The position numbers were made by a program, and so were the translations under genes. From Tubulanus polymorphus (lineage: Eukaryota > Animalia > Nemertea), in the NCBI RefSeq assembly GCF_964204645.1, contig NC_134028.1, forward strand, positions 20,273,245 to 20,337,244: a stretch of DNA of 64,000 bases, read 5' to 3'. Below, in pieces: positions 50,667 to 63,100 of the stretch; position 1 is the stretch's first letter; every line of letters starts with the position of its first letter. Under the pieces are notes generated by a model. The model had not been told where the DNA came from, searched no databases, and was given only the letters and a program-made list of their open reading frames with translations.

Positions 50667-51346
50667 GGTGAACGGATAAAATGGTCAAGGAAAAAAATGG
50701 CCAAGGAAAGAATGGCCAAGGTATTTGGGAAGCAATGGCCAAGGAAAAAATAGCCACGGAAAAAAGGCCAAGGAAGATTAAATGGAAAACTGACCGTCAT
50801 TTTAACACGAAATCCATTGCATTGATGTTTTCTGATGATTTGGCATATCACTTTTTGAGATTATTAGACCAATTCCTGAATTAGTTTAGGTAAATTTACG
50901 ACGATCATATCTCACTTTGATGTTATCAGACACTGCACCAGTTTACTATATAAATTACCACACAATTTCGATGCATTTACCTTTGATGATATAAGACAGT
51001 CTGTGCCAATACTTAGATGTTTTAAATTATCAATTCAGTTATCTTATCAAGTTTAAGTTCATCACTAGTAAGTTTATCCATTGACCATTGATAGTTCTTG
51101 ATATATTCATTATATGTAATGAAATGACATGTAAGTTCATCACATTTCTGAACTCATTAATACCGATTCTAATTGTTTTAAGCCCCATGAAAAATATATG
51201 ATATCATTAAATTGAAAGCTTTATGTTTTGATTAACATTGGCAGTAGTTCACATGAATTTTCCTTGGCCTTTTTTTCTGTGGCCATTTTTTTCCTAGGCA
51301 AATACCTTGGCCATTTTTTTCCTACATTCGTTATTCGTTATCACCC
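50667..51346. mobile_element. MITE with subterminal AAAAATGGCCAAGG repeats
   Basis: Ends GGGTGA... and ...TCACCC; ATGGCCAAGG repeats on the left are mirrored by CCTTGGCCAT repeats on the right. Confidence 0.7.
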
Positions 51347-51840
51347 TAAAGGCGCCCGCACACGAGCGCATTTTGCGTACGCATTTAGCGCAGAAATACG
51401 GCGCCCGCACACTAGCCGAAAATTACGCTCAGCAAAGGGAGCTGTGGCAAGCATGTATGCGTTATACACCATATTTACTGCATATCTGCACCATTTACTC
51501 GCGACTTTTTATTGCCCTTGTCAAATCTATTTGAATATAAAGAGATTTTTCTGTTCTTATTGCATCTACATCGGCATTAAAAGTTTTGCAAGGGGAAACT
51601 TGTGATTTTGATAATTTAAGTAATCCCATATCACAAAGAAAGTGATATTCATGTCATAAATCAGTGTTTTCTAATCTGAAATCAATACACTAGACGCTAT
51701 CATCAGTTTTTGAGTAATGACGCATGCACATTGACGACGAATGAAACGTAAATAGCGCTAAGTTGCCTGCACACGAGAGCGCAGTTGGCGCTGCGTCAAA
51801 AAATATCAAACATGATAGATATTTGGCAAATGACAAATGC

Positions 51841-52980
51841 TAAACTCGGTTTAGCTCAAGGATTATTTCTTCGCGCTTTGAGAATTTGCGACCCCTCATT
51901 TCTACCCGATGAAATTCACCATATTAACCAATCTCTCAAAAAACTTGCCTACCCCGATTTCCTATTGAAAAAAGCTCTACTTAAAGCTCGTACTACGCAT
52001 TTTAGAAATAACAACCTTAGAACTCCTACGTTGGCTACCGATAAACAGCCTATCATTGTACCGTATGTACCTTTCCTCGAGAATTCTAAAGTTTCTCTTC
52101 GGTCACTAAATAAACAACTTATCTTTAAATACAATAATAAACTTAGTAACATATTGATTAATAACAAACCGAAAACCGAATCCCTAAACTGTGGAATTTA
52201 TAAAATACCTTGTAAAGTTTGCGACAAAGTATATATAGGAGAAACAGGTCGGAATCTTAATCAACGCATAAAAGAGCATAAATTAGATGTAAAAAACTTT
52301 AAACCTGAAAGCGGAGTTGCTAGTCATGTTTTTCAGACTTCACACAATTTTGATTTTGCTAATGCTGAATTAATTTACCCTTGCAGCGATAAAACTAGAA
52401 GACATATTTTGGAATCTGCATTAATTATTGAAAATTCGAACAACGTTGTAAACCTTAACAATGGTTTTTCACCCCATAATAAACTTATATCAAAATTCCT
52501 CTGTAAACTGGTTAAACTCAACACTTGATTTCCCCTTTGATTATTTGTTATGTGTTCTCTCATCAATTTCGTCTCTGACTTAACTTGCATTCACCTTTGT
52601 TTTAATTTAAGTGCCCCCTAGTTTGTCTTTCTTTTTACTACTGACTTTAAGTTTCATTTATATTTATACTCACTATTGTTGTTTATAATTACCCCTTAGT
52701 TTGCTTCCCTTTAATCTATTTTAGCGTGTAACTGTTTCTACGTTAATTTTCCTTTAGTTTGTATCATCTCTGATTACTTGAATTAGTCTCTTTGTCTCTG
52801 GATTGTATATATATCTCATAATTTCTGTAGTATCTCATTATTCCTGAAGATGACTATTAGGATATAGTCGAAACGTTGAAATAAACTACTATCTCGAAGT
52901 TTCATTTTCGGACTTTTTATTATCATTGTGGGATTCTCTCCTCATCGCGTCAACACGGATATAGTGTTCTACGAATCGTG
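51841..52980 (+). mobile_element. 5'-truncated Penelope-like retroelement: RT thumb/linker, GIY-YIG endonuclease (ORF to 52528) and pseudo-LTR
   Basis: GLFLRALRICD...YP...VPYVP...CGIYKIPCKVCDKVYIGETGRNLNQRIKEHK...SHV...HNFDF...ILESALI...LN. Candidate degenerate TSD AAATGACAAATGC / AAACGACAAAATGC. Confidence 0.9.
52837..52884 (+). ncRNA. Minimal hammerhead ribozyme motif in the Penelope pseudo-LTR
   Basis: TTATTC-CTGAAGA-T-GACTAT-TAGGAT-ATAGTC-GAAA-CGTT-GAAATAA: intact core, perfect 6-bp stem II, ACGT palindrome and a stem I. Confidence 0.75.
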
Positions 52981-54557
52981 AAACGACAAAATGCGCTCGA
53001 AAAGGCCCCCGCACACGAACCGATAACAGCGCTGCGCCACTTGCGTACGCAGTTTTCGGCTCGTGTGCGGGGGCCTTTATAAATAAGTGCATTAAACGAG
53101 AAAAGTGCTTTTGGAGAGGAATTCAATCAACTTTTCGGAATCTATCTAAGAGCTGGAATTCTTCGTCCCGATTAGTCCAAACATGTTCAAAATTTTAACC
53201 TGGGAAAATCCCGTCTATGAGTATATTATCAAGACGATTTAACTCGAGATTTAAAACATGAAGTTCAACGGTTACTATTGTATGCATCGGATAGAAGTAA
53301 GAAGCATGCTTTTGCTAGAGGGATTCAGTAACATTTCACTAACGACCACAGACAATAATCATTTTTAACAGTTTCGGAGACTTGCTTGTATTTTTATACA
53401 TACCTGCGCCTGCACAAAAACTTGCCGACAATAAGGTGGAAACCGCACATAGTAACAACAGAAATGGTTTAGACTCAATCATCTCAGGATATAGATAACC
53501 TGCAGCATAGACAAAAGAAATGTTTTACAGTACGATACTGAATGATGGAATGTTTTGAAGAAAAAAAAACAAAAGAAATTTATAAAATCCTCACTGCAAT
53601 AAAACAAAGGATAGAATGTCATTACGTATTCGGGAAAGAAATAAAAGTCAGATTAAACGCCTCAAACAACTGTGGAACCCGCATAATTCTGGAACTTATG
53701 AAACACGACTTTGACAAGTTTAGAAAATACATATTCACTTACTTTGGTTTCCCAAACTGATGGAAAGGAGATGAATTATAGTTTTTCGCAATGGAATCAA
53801 GTGAAACTCGTTTCATCTAATGCTAGTTGAGAACTGAAATGAACTGTACGTGCGAAAGTATTCCTCGATTTGCTAATCGATCTCTGGCACCTGCATGTCT
53901 AAATTAGACAGGCCTGACATTTAGTCAATTTGTTGTTATCGAGGGACCAAAGCAGCTTTGGTAAACCACATATTCAAGATTGGCCAATGATATAGTTACA
54001 AACATGCATGCCCCGACCTATCTACTAACAGCAGCAGGCTCACGAAGTTAACGCGTGATACATATAATCAGTTATTATTTATCAACCACAGAGTTCAGTC
54101 GTTCGTCGTTTCTATTTTTTCTGTTGAATACCGTTTTCAAGTGTGGACCGCCACAGCGCCTTCCAATGATCACACAGTTCATATTGTGTCGAGCGTCATT
54201 TTCATGGAAAAAGTGTGTCCAAATTTGGAATGGCCACCGTCAGCCTCGACCAGAGAGGACAGGGGAACTAACGTCAATTTTAGGAACGCAGGTTAACATC
54301 ACGTTGAAGCTCATTTCTCGAGTAAGTCCATGAAGCTGTATTTGGAATAATTTTAGCCATCCAACATAGGCATTGGGTTACCCCTAATATATAAAAGTTT
54401 CATTCTTTAAAAAGTTAGGTTGTGGGGCGAAAACCACTTCAATGCGTAGCTAGACTGTATAGCCTATGTGCCATAAGCTGGATTTCCCCAGGATTTATGC
54501 GGCTTATTCGATTTTCTGCATTAGCCGATTACGCTATTTAGACTACATGACTCATAG

Positions 54558-54906
54558 TAAAGCGTTTTTATCCAAGCAAATCGCTTTGGATTTGCAAATC
54601 CACCTGTCTCGCTGATTTGATAAATCGATTTGCAGTTAGATAAACGCGCGGATTAGTAACCAGTGCTGGGAGACTTGCTGATTCTTTTCCGCCATCTTTA
54701 CTCTCCATATAAATCTACTAAATCAGTTTGACAAATCAAGCAAATCGCACCACTAGCAATTTGCTTGATTAGTCAAATCGATTTGAGTAATCATTTAAAT
54801 AAATGCATTGATTAGCTGAATCGATTTGATAAATCAAGTAGATAAATGCGCAGAATTTACTTTGGTAAATTGATTTGACAAATCAGCATCTAGATAAAAA
54901 CGCACT
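54558..54906. mobile_element. MITE-like element with internal GATTTG..AAATC palindromic repeats
   Basis: Ends GCGTTTTTATC / GATAAAAACGC; many GATTTGATAAATC-type units. Confidence 0.5.
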
Positions 54907-55717
54907 AATGGTGTACTGCGTAACTTAATCATCCTCGCTTGCCAGGGGTATCACTCCCGAACTCGCTTAGTGTCGCCGAGGAGAAGAATCGGGCCTTGAA
55001 ATGTTGTGTGGTAGTCAATCATTGTATAAACAAATGCAACGGGTATAAACGGGTGTGAAAATATTCACAAGGGGCCAAATGGAGGCAGACAAAATTTCAG
55101 CCAATCAGTAAGCAGGAATTCTAATTATAGACTCTCACTGCATCATAAAGATTGAATTGAATTGGCCCAGTTCAGACCCAGAGCACAAGACTAATTGCTC
55201 CTAATTGGTCAGGGGTTCGAGTCCCGTGTAGCTGCATACATATTTTGTTAACCTTCGGCGGTTTCTGGTCTCCACGGGTACAGGTCATCAAAGCTCACAA
55301 GGCCTCCACGGGCATGGACACATAGATCAGATTCAGTTTGCAGATTCTTTTCAAACACGTCTGTTGAGAAACTGAAAGGTTGTTTCAATATCTCAGTCAG
55401 TTGCTGCTAGAAGGATGCAAGTAAGTTTTTAGCCCACATGGGACTTTAGTCCCGAGAGGGCTATTGCGTTCACTTTTCATCCGTCGTCCGTCCGTCCGTC
55501 CGTAGACGGAATCCAGTTATGTTGGGAAGTTTAAAGACGCTTCAATGTAATGTCTTGATATTTGGTTTATATGTGTATATACCCTAGACATACCTTCAAC
55601 CTAAAAATTGGCCCGGTCCGATTCAAGACGGCCGACTGGCAGCCATTGTTGTTTGCCAAAATCAGCACTTTTTACACATTTTTGAAGCTTTCAAGGATAA
55701 TTTTGAAGACGCTTAAA

Positions 55718-58700
55718 CAAAGTGAAGAATAGATGAATTGCTCATTGTTATAATCTTTTTTTCGAAAGGTCAGATCTCAGGTTTTTATTTATAAACAAAA
55801 GTAGCATATGGTTTGTAAATCACGAAAAGTAGAATTCATTGGGGCATATGCCCTTAAAAAGAGTTTAGGCTTAAGATGATATCTACTTACAGAAAATGTA
55901 AAAATAGCAAACAGAGCGTAACTACAATTTACTAGGCTGGGAGGTGCAGCAAAATGATTCATCTTCTACCAAGTGAGATAATATCAAGCAATGTCCCAAC
56001 ATTGACAATTGCAATAAGAATGAATTCTTTGACACCAATAATATATATATAGCTCTCAATCATAATAATATAACATCTCTTTCGTCGCGTAGGAGTCTCC
56101 TTAGACTGATTAGAGTCATTTAAATTGAAACTAGTTTATCAACCCACCCCATTAAATACCCGCTCCAGCCTTATCTATTGGTCTTTTATTTATTTTGAAG
56201 CACGGATGACTTACTTTCCCTCTGTCGATTTGATTGATTTTATTCTATTTTATTCTATTTTATTCTACCTCTTTTATTCTTTTACATGCCGTGACCGAAA
56301 CCGGGGAGTTAATTTTGAAAGCTTCTTTAATCTAAGCTTTCATCTTTTAGAAAATTGAGGAGGTCGATGATTTCAATGACTTGTACAAATAGTCACCAGA
56401 AGTGTTTGTCCGTGTTGAGGCAAAAGTTTGAAACATGGAAAAAGGATCCAAACTCTAACACGTATGTAGGCCTACGGTCTAGTCAGTTTCAGTTACCTTC
56501 TTCATATAATCAGTACCCGGTACTGGATAAAGGTGCACCATTTCTTCTACCTGTAGCATTGACATCGACTTAAGGGATGTAGCTTACTGCAATGCCATCA
56601 GGTTCGGCTCGGAAGCCGATTGGAATTTTGTTTATGAACGAATGGTAGCTTCGGACAATGGAGAGGAAAAAGAAACGTTTGGGCGTGCCATAGCCAGGAT
56701 CGGGGTATTCTAACCAGGTAAAATTCGGTAAAATTTAGTCAAATGTTTTTAATATCTTTCAATTATTTGATTGAAATTGGTACCTCGGTCCTAATTATCT
56801 AACTTGAAACACTGGTCATTTGGAATGGCAGGGATGTAGCCAGGTAGGGAATTGGAACACGCGCGGGCAGGCTTCACCTTTATGAGCAAGTTATCACCTT
56901 TGATTCAAATCCAACTTGCTGCGCGAGTTTGGAAGACTTCAAATCGATTACGTAATATCAACTCTTGTTTTGTTTTAATTGTATTAATCTTATGTCGGTC
57001 TCCACTATCTACGGAGCCTCCATTAAACTCTGAGTATCATTTTGTTGCGTCTTGTTTTGCCAAATAATGCGTCAGCTTTTGCTGTATTGACCTTACAATT
57101 ATAAGTCGACCTATCTCTAAAAAGGTTCAAACAATCTTACTGGTCACCGAGACACTGTAATTAACTGTATCTATTTATTATATTTCTAACCAATATCTAC
57201 ATAGTTTTTAGATATTTGGCGTATTCCTTAAATAAAAGTATAATCGATTCCCAAAATGCGTATGACGTCATCAGACACGTCGTTTGGAGAAGCAAGTTAG
57301 GACGTGAACTGGCGTGGACGTTTTTGTTGACAATTTTGACACAATCAAATAAAGGTAAGACAAAACAATTGCAAGGACATAGATATCTCCGAGACACCTG
57401 ACCAATAGTATAGACAGTCCACGCTATCTCTATGAATGATTTCTAAAACAAGCTTTTGATTTATTAAATCCTCAGACCCGATTAAATGAGATGTATCGTC
57501 TTGAAAACACAAGAAGATTGGAATGGTTTAATTTTTAGATACGCCAGTTGCTTTTTAATGTCAATAACTGTAGATACAATAACAGAAAACTTGCGATCAC
57601 AGGATGAAGTTGATAAAGTATGTTCTATGTACATTTATGTATTCAGCCAAACTCTCATATTACCCCGGTACGATTTAACAAAAACAAGTCAACCTGTCAT
57701 TCAAATTAAGAGGGATTTATAATTTGTCTCAACATTGGAACTGGGTCCAGGGTACTTAACGCTGCAATCATTTGTCATTCATTGATATCTTTGTAGCTGC
57801 AAAAGTTTTACGACGATAGCAAGCAGGATATCGGTGATGACGCGCTCCTCTTCGAGAAAGCGTTAAACAAAGCGACTAGTAACGAAATGTGGGTGGGTAG
57901 AAACCTCGATGAACTGAGCGATTGGCTGCAGAGTAACGTGGCAGATTGAAATGTGCAAATGTTTTTCGCTGGTTTCCTAAAATTTTCAATATATTCTTCA
58001 TCGGTATCTATCTAGTTTATGTATGGACTGTCGCGATCACACGAGCCTGTTTGACCCGTTCCAAGTTTGACCCGTACCAAATTGGCCCGTACGACACGGG
58101 CTGAATTTCCCCTGTAAATGCTGCTTGGTTCTGTAGGTGACTCACATCGCTTGCCACAGCATCTTGATAGCATTTTAGTATCGAGTGAGTGGTTTACGCG
58201 TGAACGGGCGGCTCTGACTAGATGCAGGCCAAACTCGACTCCGGTCTCACTGAACCACCCGGGCCAGTAAAATCCGGCGGGCCAAATCATCATCTAAGTT
58301 TGGTTAACGGAGTCTCATTGCTATTGATTGAAGAATCAAGTATTGAAAATTTGAAATAATCTCGAGAAATGTTTTTACAAGTTACAATTCATGTTCAATT
58401 ATTAAATTTGCTAATTCAATCCTGTAACTTAGGATTACAGTGGAACCTCTTCATAACGCACTCGGTTACACCGATTCATCGGATATAACAAATATAGAGT
58501 TTGGTTCCAACCTTAAGACGATTTAATTAATTTCATACTAGATATATAAACGAACTGTCGGTTATAACGAATATATACTTCTAGTCTCACGAAGTTCGTT
58601 GTAACGAAGTTAAACTCTAATTTATCTCATTCGACCATTTTCTTCAGCTCTTATTATTCATTTTTACTTCATTGGTTAATTAAAATTCTCGTCTACTCAC

Positions 58701-59477
58701 GGAAATTATTAAGTCACGTGGTAATTGTTAAGTCACCAAATCGTAGTGCAAATTCAACCTGGGCCACCATTGTAGTCAGCAAACCACAAAAAAGTCACTT
58801 AAACACATTATTTGATTTATTGCTTTAGTTACTAGTTAGTTTAACCATGGTTCTAAAAAAGCCAAGTAAAGCTTCTATTCGCAAATACGGTCGATTTCAG
58901 ATTTTATCGAATCGGAAAGTCTACAAACATCGATGTTGACGATACTTCTCGCTTGAGTTTGAGATTACGCGCCAATCGAATATTGGAAGTATCTTTTTAA
59001 CTTAAAGACATCTGTTTGCATTTGTTCGCAAGTTTTTCAAAAATCTCTTCGAAACTATTCATTATCATGGTAAATAACGATTTACTTACATGGACAGGTG
59101 AAAATCAGGAGAAATCGTAGACGATTTGAACGTGTCATTGTTTAGTCTGTCGTTGTCGATGTTTCGCAGTGAGCTTCAGTTCATATTGTGACTGTCTCTG
59201 CCGTGTTTGTGAACTGTATTCGCAGAGAAACTTGAATGAAATTTGCAGAAAACCTTCGAATAAAACGTATATCGATAACCACGTATATCGATGTTCTGGG
59301 TGATGGTAAAAAAAGGTCTAGGGGTAATCACTCCTACACATGACTCGGGTGCGTGACAATTCTTTTATCTTATTCAGGTAGGGACTTTTTCAGAAGTGAA
59401 ATGTTACGTCGATTGGACGTTTTTAGAATGATTTCCATTTGGAAGGGAACAGACAAAATACGGATCATTTTCTCATT
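55718..59477 (+). pseudogene. Inverted, decayed duplicate of the last six exons, introns and 3' flank of the aminopeptidase gene (source ~32975-36810)
   Basis: Collinear reverse-complement similarity, e.g. [35 protein letters not shown] and [12 protein letters not shown] net 7-nt deletion at ~56690 (GCCTTAACATGTAGC -> GCCATAGC) and a 1-nt deletion at ~57322 shift the frame. No upstream exons are visible. Confidence 0.85.
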
Positions 59478-59789
59478 ATTTGAGTATTTCCCACATGGGA
59501 AATGGTGAAATGTGACAATTCATTTTCAACAGCTTTTCTTCATTTTCTGAATGCGTTATTACCGTGTAACATTACCCATTGCCTAAATCATTGAGCTGTC
59601 GACCGCAACGTTTCATCAGATACTGTAAACAAACTGCCATTATTTCGGGGCTTCCGAGTCCAACGCTGAAACTGTTTTAGTAGCGTGACGAATAACGCAT
59701 CGGCGCTAAATTGTTGACCGGCCAAAATATCTGAAAAAGTGGTTGGTGTCTTAGATGTGCGACGGGTGACTCCGGGCGATCGGTTAGGA

Positions 59790-60125
59790 TGGGATAGGAT
59801 TGTAAATTTCTATAGCGCCTTGTAAATAGCAGGACTATTATCAAAGGCGCTCTCCAGACGAAGATGATGACTTGAACAGAAATGTCTTGAGCTGTGCTTT
59901 GAATGCTGGCAGAGAGTCAATATCACGGAGAAGTTGCGGAAGGGAGTTCCACACTGTAGGTGAAATGTCTCGTCCGTCGGTTGCAAGTAGATCCATTCCG
60001 AAATTTCGGAGGTTTCGGAACCGCAGTCGGAGACGATCGGTCTCCCCGGTGGTATGCTGTCGGGTACAGCCCACTTCTCGCGTTCTTTGTGAATTTTGTG
60101 AAAGCCAGGCCTACGTGCCACCGGC
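59790..60125 (-). mobile_element. Composite retroelement remnant: Penelope-type RT start (~60121-59990) joined to an L2/CR1-type 3' end (~59990-59790)
   Basis: FHKIHK...PPGRPIVSDCGSETSEISEWI resembles the Penelope RT N-terminus; PTVWNSLPQLLRDIDSLPAFKAQLKTFLF resembles the L2/CR1 ORF2 C-terminus. Confidence 0.65.
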
Positions 60126-63100
60126 TATCCCGCTAGATGGCGTGCGTATCAGTGCGACAACTCAAGGCAAATCACTCCTCTTGATAAACTCAGGTGACCG
60201 TTAGGTTCGTATACAGGGTGGATCTTATTAATCATCATTCGAAGAATTTTAGAAATAATGCATAGATTTTAATTTGAATCTGAGAAGAAATCCGGGAGTT
60301 GTTGATGGAATGCACATTAGCGTACCTGGTGAATCCTCGCTTGCCGCAAGTGGAATCCTCGATTGCCTCCTGATTTTTCCTCTGGATGAATGTGAACGTG
60401 TATGTGATTGTGTAATTGCAGCAGTGTGTTGAGGTAACCCTATTTACAAGCATCTTGATTCTCGAGCACCTTCATTGATATTATAGCTTCTGTAACATAT
60501 TTATATTTCTATTTTATCATGTATCTTTAAAACTGAGTGTTATATTATGTTATAATTTCAATGTAAATAAAGATTTGTATTATTATTGCCACAGTTGAAC
60601 AATCCTCATTGCCTCTATTTCGGGTTATCCGGATGCAGGAGATATTCGGCAGTTTTTAGCAGAATTATTTTTCGTCGAGCCATATTTTCGATGATTTCGC
60701 GGATTTTGTTCTGGGATCGGTTGCGGTAGCAGATTGTATTAACCTAAATGGAATGGAAATTTCAGTGGGTATTAAGTAAAAATCTAGATACAACCGGTTC
60801 GAAGTCTAAGCCAGTTATGTTGTATTTTTTAAACAAGAAATCCTCGTTTCTAGACTAATTGTTTTACCTTCTAAAACTTACTCTTACATTTTTGCAATCA
60901 GGCGGTGCTCTTCCTCCTCGTGTATGCGCAGTCATGATCCACGTCATCTCTATTCATATTTCGTATCTTACTATCTCTTATATGTGATAAGCATCCACGA
61001 TATACAGCGGAACCACCTAATTCGGATCGCCCGGGACCAGAAAAATGTTTCCGGAATTTTCTTCATATTTGAAACGAAGTAACCTCGAGAATTTTGGAAT
61101 TTTTGTCCGAAAATCTCAATTGATCCGAAGCGATTCTAAAAATCCTCGATTTTTTCAATTATTGTTTCGATATCTCTCTATCGTTCCTTTATCTTCAGAA
61201 AACTCAAACAACAATGAGTGAAAACTACAATATATTACATTATCATTATCATTATTATTAATATCATTATTGTTATTATTACATAACGTGAATCCAATTA
61301 TACTCATTTAATTATGTAATCAACTTAATTACAATTAAACTACATTAATATATATTTTAACGTACACAGAGATTATATTTTATCTACATGATAATAATAG
61401 TCATAATCATCTACATTTAATCAGGGTAGTGAAATGAGTTATCATTACACTGCCCTGATTCAACTCACGTGACAAGGGACGAGATGCCACTCATTCTGGC
61501 GTTATAAAGATGTTTACCGATCTTTACAACTCGAAACGTGATCGTCCCAATCTTCCCCAGTCCCCCCAGTTCCCCCCTCGCTCTCCGATCTCACGCGATC
61601 CCACCGCCGCTTCTACCACTTCCTACTTTCCTCTGCTTCTTCGATGTTATTCAACAGCCTAGAGAAGAATCCTTGATCTTAAGATCAGTAACAACAGTAG
61701 CTGCATGAGAGAGGGAGTGGGAAGAATTGTCGGACCTCGATGCGGAAACTCTTGGATTCCGGCAAGGCGGTGCCTTAGAGGGGTAAGCAAGAAAATACGA
61801 GGAAATGTTGAAGGCGTCCGTCAACATAAAACTGTATATTCTACTCGCCACAGTCGAAGTGTTTACAATAGTGATCAATTTGACGAGCTATTAGATCAGG
61901 CTAGGAACAACATGATCCAATGATTCGAACAATACAATAGAATGTCTCGCAGTTGAGCTTTGGTCATTTTTCATAGAAACTCGCTCTTGGAGGAGCTACA
62001 GTAATTGTAAGTTACGAATTTCTAGATATACTATAGCTTAATTTTTCTCTGCTTGAATTCAATTAATTATTTATAATTTCTATTTTTCCATATTTATAGC
62101 AAACCGGCATTATACGACATTATACGGCGTTATACGTCATAAGCTTCGATATTGTTTGTTGCCTTGAATAAAGACGCCCAGTTTGGATGTAGCTATGTGG
62201 TCGTTCGTGTAGATTTTTTCAAGGATTCGTTTCGCTGCTTGCTTGGAACAAACATGAGGATGTGGAAATGCCGGGCTTATTACTTTTATCAATATGATTC
62301 TAATTCTAGTTTTAATTTTTTGTTGTCATTGCGTATTAACATTATGTATATTCGAATATACTAATATGTATAACTATTTCAGATTTCAGGGGCAAAACGA
62401 GAGAGCAGAAAGAGTCGGAGGAGCCCGAGGGCACAGAGAAAGGAGAGGGGGTCAGGGAGAGAATGGGCCCGGATTGGAAGAGGAGCCCGAGGGCACAGAT
62501 AAAGGAGGGGGAGAAGGGGGATGGAAGAGAATGGGCCAAGATTGGAAGGGGAGCACGAGGGAGTGGAGGAGACGGTATATTATCGATGGTGTTTGATCTT
62601 AAAATAGGGATTGTCCCCATTATTTATTTATTTGGCTGGTAAATTTTGTTTGATTTTTCGATTGAGTGTCCCTTACAGACCCACCACTCCTGCCGGGAGC
62701 GAAACAGGGGGTTTGATTTTGAAATCGGAAATCGAAGTACAGATATAGATGTGTGATCGGCGGTCGAGTTAACAGAATATTTTTAAATCGAAGTACATAA
62801 TTGGAAATTCGGTTCCGGTTCATCCAAACAATCTTCCATTCAGTCTGAACCGGCAAGCGACTGATTGGGATGACTTTTTCTGGCTGCCTAATTTAATACA
62901 ATGAGATTCTGGAAATAGCTAAGGTTGAAGATCATTTTGTCCATTTTTTTATTTTTTTGCTCGTTTTCTACGTGTAAATAGTCCGATAGTTTATTGTGTT
63001 TTTTTCTCGGGTTTGATGTAGAAGTCCTCTAAGTTGATGATCCCGCGTGTTGACTAGATAGGAAGAAAGCACATTTCGAAACGCAAATTTTCCAGATGAG

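Larger units (their letters stand above)
51348..53078. mobile_element. Harbinger-like MITE split by the Penelope insertion
   Basis: TIR AAAGGCGCCCGCACACGAGC / GCTCGTGTGCGGGGGCCTTT; internal GCACACGAGC repeats. Confidence 0.7.

Noticed and set aside
61160-61200. Minus-strand CTGAAGA...GAAAC as another hammerhead
   Set aside because: Stem II is not adjacent to the core, and there is no NUH triplet or stem I.
62294-62620. Gly/Glu-rich ORF and its Pro/Ser-rich antisense ORF
   Set aside because: Low-complexity purine tract with internal repeats; no partner exons or homology recognised.
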